Below, piece after piece: positions 60,660 through 64,000 of a stretch of DNA of 64,000 nt (position 1 is its first letter; every line of letters starts with the position of its first letter). This DNA is from an uncultured candidate division Zixibacteria bacterium. Lineage in GTDB: Bacteria; Zixibacteria; MSB-5A5; GN15; PGXB01. The notes under the pieces are model-generated. The model saw nothing but the letters and a program-made list of their open reading frames with translations, ran no database searches and was not told where the DNA came from. Position numbers and translations under genes: made by a program. The DNA lies in NCBI GenBank assembly GCA_963702205.1, contig OY969724.1:2560001-2624000 (forward strand). Direction: 5' to 3'.

Positions 60660-61606
60660 TAGCGGTGATCTCCTTTATTAATTAACTTCAAAATATTTTC
60701 TTTATCTTTACCGATTTGTTTGCTCAACTCTTCTTTGCTGTCGAACTTCATGTTTCCGCGAACGAAAATTCGGGGATAACAGATAATTTCCTGCCCGTAT
60801 ATATCACGATCGAAATCGAATATATTGACCTCGACCGACCGTTTTTTATCAGGGTTAAAATGATTGACTCCGATAAATAACATGCCGTTGTACATTTGCC
60901 CTTTGTATTCGATGCGGCAGGAATAAACCCCGTCGACCGGCAGCAGTTTGCGCTCGTTGTACTGGATATTGGCCGTAGGATAGCCCAGCTCCTTCCTGCC
61001 TATGGCAATCCCTTTTTCGACAAGGCCGTATATGGGATACGGGTGTCCCAGCATATCCAGAGCCTGCGCGAACTTCCGCTCGATAATCAGGTTTCTGATG
61101 CGTGTCGATGAAACCGGTCGTCCTTCTATAATGACCGGATTGACAACCTCAAGTTCGAAAGAATATTTGCGGCTGAGTTCCATCAGGTCATTGATCGTTC
61201 CTGAACGGTTTTTGCCGAAGGCATGATCGTAGCCGACAATGAGCTTCTTTAAATGGAGCTTTTCGACGAGGACTTCACGGGCGAATTCCTCGGCCGATTT
61301 GCTCATCAGTTCTTTATTGAACCGAAGGACCAATAGACGGCCGTGCATATAGTCGGCAAACAGTCGCGCCTTTTCCTCCCAGACCGTGAGAAGCGGCGGC
61401 GGGCTGTTCGGCGTGACCAGAACCCTCGGATGCGGCTCGAACGTGACCGCCATCGGATTCAGTCCGACTTTTTCGGCGCTGGTCATAAGGCTTTTTAAAA
61501 TAGCCTGATGGCCGACGTGCAGTCCGTCGAACGTCCCCAGTGATACCACCAGGTCTTCGGATATATTGTGGATGTTTTCCAGTCCGTATATAATTTCCAG
61601 ACTCAA
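60659..61606 (-). CDS. ribF: Bifunctional riboflavin kinase / FAD synthetase
   Basis: [17 protein letters not shown] and LGYPTAN motifs. Confidence 0.96.
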   Translation of the reverse strand: MSLEIIYGLENIHNISEDLVVSLGTFDGLHVGHQAILKSLMTSAEKVGLNPMAVTFEPHPRVLVTPNSPPPLLTVWEEKARLFADYMHGRLLVLRFNKELMSKSAEEFAREVLVEKLHLKKLIVGYDHAFGKNRSGTINDLMELSRKYSFELEVVNPVIIEGRPVSSTRIRNLIIERKFAQALDMLGHPYPIYGLVEKGIAIGRKELGYPTANIQYNERKLLPVDGVYSCRIEYKGQMYNGMLFIGVNHFNPDKKRSVEVNIFDFDRDIYGQEIICYPRIFVRGNMKFDSKEELSKQIGKDKENILKLINKGDHR

Positions 61607-62541
61607 TTCAAAACCCTTACATATTTAAAAAATTGGTCGCCCTGAAACTCATCGGTCAGCTCTTCCGAACCGGCCATGGCCTGCCCCACGGCCATTATGC
61701 GGCCGGATTGATCAAGCAGTGCAATCATATCTTCGCGCCCGAAATCGCCGACAATTTCCCTGACATCGTCCATCCGGGGTGATCGTCCCGAAATTACCGA
61801 TGGTGCGAATTTATCGTCGATTTTGATACCCGGGAAACCGAGGACCGATTCAATCGGCAGAATATATCGCTTCAATGTCCCCGCTTCTCGGAGCAATTGT
61901 ATTTGCTTGAGCGTGAGAGCATCCCCGACACTGAACCTTCCCGATTTCAGGCGGCAAAGATTGGAAAGGTACGCTCCGCACCCGATAGTTTCGCCAATGT
62001 CATTGGCCAGAGACCTGATATAAGTTCCGCGGGAGCAGGTAACTTCGACCGTAAGTACGGGCAGCGCGGCTTCGATCAATTCAAGTTCTTTTATTTCGAC
62101 TTCTTTTTCAGGTGGGTCGACATTTTGGTTTTTGCGTGCCATATCGTACAATCTGCGGCCGCCTATTTTTACGGCTGAATAGGCCGGGACTTTCTGTCGA
62201 ACCTTGCCTTTGAATCCATTGAGAATTTCTATGATCTGCTTATCCGACAGTTCCGGAACCGGCAGCGGCGCGATCAGATCATTCAGGCCTTCGGAATCCA
62301 TGGTTTTGGAGGTCCGTCCCAGCGTTATTTCCGCCCGATAGACCTTGGTATGGTCGGCAATGAACTGCGCAATCTTGGTGGCTCGTCCGAGACAGATAAC
62401 CAGCAGCCCGGTCGCCCTCGGGTCCAATGTTCCCGTATGGCCGATTCTTTTCTGTCCGATTACCCGTCGGACGTTGTTAATGACGTCGTGGCTGGTCATG
62501 CCGTACGGTTTATCGCAGAGGAGTATGCCATCGTAGTTCAT
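61603..62541 (-). CDS. truB: tRNA pseudouridine(55) synthase
   Basis: DKP.GMTSHD, GHTGTLDP.ATG and CSRGTYIRSL motifs. Confidence 0.97.
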   Translation of the reverse strand: MNYDGILLCDKPYGMTSHDVINNVRRVIGQKRIGHTGTLDPRATGLLVICLGRATKIAQFIADHTKVYRAEITLGRTSKTMDSEGLNDLIAPLPVPELSDKQIIEILNGFKGKVRQKVPAYSAVKIGGRRLYDMARKNQNVDPPEKEVEIKELELIEAALPVLTVEVTCSRGTYIRSLANDIGETIGCGAYLSNLCRLKSGRFSVGDALTLKQIQLLREAGTLKRYILPIESVLGFPGIKIDDKFAPSVISGRSPRMDDVREIVGDFGREDMIALLDQSGRIMAVGQAMAGSEELTDEFQGDQFFKYVRVLN

Positions 62542-63512
62542 TCGAGCATCTCCTTTATGTCACCCAACAACTGACGGGCCGCGTCTTTCATGGGGAGTCT
62601 GATTTCACAACCCGAAGCGTTGACGTGACCTCCTCCGTTGTACTTATGAGCCAGCGCGGAGACGTCGTACTTTCCCCGCGAGCGCAGCGAAACTTTGGTC
62701 AGTCCGGCCTTTCTTTCTTTCAATAAGCCGCCTACGAGCGTTTTTTCGCCGAAAAGGGCGTAGTCGACCAGCCCTTCGACTTCATCCCAGGCCGCGGCGC
62801 TGGTTTTAATTTTGTCGTCGGTAAGAAACATGAAGCAGACGCGGTCATCGGCATGGTACTCCATATCGGTCAAAAGCAGACCGGTAAGTTTCAAAGTCGA
62901 CGGTCTAAGCGAGAAGTACACCCGGTCACATATGGTGCGCGGATCGGCCCCGAATTCAATCATCCGCCCGGCCGTTTCCATTGTTTTGCGGGTCGTGGAA
63001 TGAAAACGAAAACGCCCGGTATCGGTTAATATTGCCGTGTACAATTGAGTCGCGCACGCTTCATCGGGATCGTATCCGACGTGCTCCATAAATTCCCACA
63101 TCATCTCGCCGACCGACGATGCCTTCACGTCCTGCCAGACGGCGTCACCGTAACCGGTGTTATCGGGGTGGTGATCTATATTGATAATTTTCGTCTCAAG
63201 AGCATGAAGTCCTGAAACGTCACCGGCGCGGGAGGGATTGGAACATTCCAGAAAAATCACGAGATCGTGCTGCCCGTCGGCATTTTCGAGTTCGACTATA
63301 TTATCAATATCCGGCAGGAACATGTACTTATATGGAATCGTACCTTTGCGAACAACCGTCACGTCTTTATCCAGCGTTAGCAGATACCGGCGCAGCCCCA
63401 GCATCGTCCCCAGTGAATCACCATCGGGATCATCGTGGCCGCAAACGAGTATTTTGCGAGCGTTCGAAATCAAACCGTAGATTTCATCTTGAATATCAGC
63501 TTTGGCCATCAT
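62538..63512 (-). CDS. nrnA: DHH-family oligoribonuclease / pAp phosphatase
   Basis: H..PDGD, NIDHH, TDTGRF, SLRS and GGGH..ASG motifs; start moved to ATG 63512 or 63509, overlapping the rbfA end. Confidence 0.9.
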   Translation of the reverse strand: MMAKADIQDEIYGLISNARKILVCGHDDPDGDSLGTMLGLRRYLLTLDKDVTVVRKGTIPYKYMFLPDIDNIVELENADGQHDLVIFLECSNPSRAGDVSGLHALETKIINIDHHPDNTGYGDAVWQDVKASSVGEMMWEFMEHVGYDPDEACATQLYTAILTDTGRFRFHSTTRKTMETAGRMIEFGADPRTICDRVYFSLRPSTLKLTGLLLTDMEYHADDRVCFMFLTDDKIKTSAAAWDEVEGLVDYALFGEKTLVGGLLKERKAGLTKVSLRSRGKYDVSALAHKYNGGGHVNASGCEIRLPMKDAARQLLGDIKEMLE

Positions 63513-63861
63513 TCTCCCTGTCCGATAAGTTCCCCAGCAACCGGGTGATACGGTCGCCTCTCTCGATCGAGGGATCGAATTCAAACGAGACTTCCGGGAT
63601 GAATTTGATCTTAAGCAGGCGTCCCAACTGAGCCTGAATTCTCTTACGGTGATAATTCAGATACTTCGCCACTTCATTTTTGTCATTTTCCGATCCGAGG
63701 ACCGAATACAATATCTTCGCGAATTTCAGGTCGTTTGTCATTTCGACTTCGGTAAACGTGACCAGCCCGTGCAAATTCACGGAGCACTCCTGGTCCATCA
63801 GTTGGCGCACGTCGCGCAACATCTGGTAACGAACGCGGTCCGATCTTTTAAAATTACGCAT
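63496..63861 (-). CDS. rbfA: Ribosome-binding factor A
   Basis: RSDRV, VTFTEVEMTNDLKFAKI and IPEVSFEFD.SIE motifs; operon context. Confidence 0.93.
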   Translation of the reverse strand: MRNFKRSDRVRYQMLRDVRQLMDQECSVNLHGLVTFTEVEMTNDLKFAKILYSVLGSENDKNEVAKYLNYHRKRIQAQLGRLLKIKFIPEVSFEFDPSIERGDRITRLLGNLSDRENDGQS

Positions 63862-63863
63862 GA

Positions 63864-64000
63864 TTATAATACCTCGACCCGGTAATCGACTACGATAACC
63901 TCGGAGTGCTGCTCGATGGTGGCCACCAGTTTCGCGATGACCTGTTCGCCGAATTTCTTTTCATTACTGACTACCGCTGCCCCGATGCGCGCCATCCGCA
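63864..64000 (-). CDS. DUF503 (YlxP-like) protein, 3' part only
   Basis: Hand translation ...RMARIGAAVVSNEKKFGEQVIAKLVATIEQHSEVIVVDYRVEVL*; usual position upstream of rbfA. Confidence 0.75.
   Translation of the reverse strand, partial: RMARIGAAVVSNEKKFGEQVIAKLVATIEQHSEVIVVDYRVEVL

Overview
Bacterial chromosomal window. The C-terminal 'CGDxxG..NLLDILY.ID..Y..P' dockerin-like tags and the lipoprotein style suggest an FCB-group or Zixibacteria-like organism (inference, not tested). The left 31 kb is an accessory cell-surface and secretome region. It has four large minus-strand secreted modular proteins: an M4/M36-like metallopeptidase (runs off the window and is missing from the ORF track), an M14 carboxypeptidase, a Kgp-like C25 gingipain, and a frameshifted Cys-rich GEVED protein. 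The three complete ones end in a dockerin-like domain. Next come two TPR proteins, a PEP-CTERM protein, and an outer-membrane barrel plus a 2072-aa DUF11/OmpA adhesin; the PEP-CTERM and barrel genes are each preceded by a sigma54-type promoter. The right half is mostly housekeeping: glgX, tRNA-Leu(CAA), PBP1A, tyrS, lipoproteins, a sugar ABC transporter, a DUF6754-type membrane operon, an ABC-2 exporter, an S11 peptidase, leuS, and the DUF503-rbfA-DHH-truB-ribF-rpsO-pnp-M16 operon. The top candidate for a new system is at 33116-34647. An unannotated 58-aa ORF with a twin-arginine leader and a Cys-initiated Ser/Thr-rich tail (CSDSPTSTQPVYYG) sits directly upstream of a GT9 (heptosyltransferase-like) glycosyltransferase with a C-terminal PqqD/RRE-like extension, suggesting a Tat-exported glyco(lipo)peptide RiPP. 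Also notable are two tandem MITE-like elements that each contain a REP-like hairpin doublet (53059-53394). No database searches were run; family assignments come from motif recognition.
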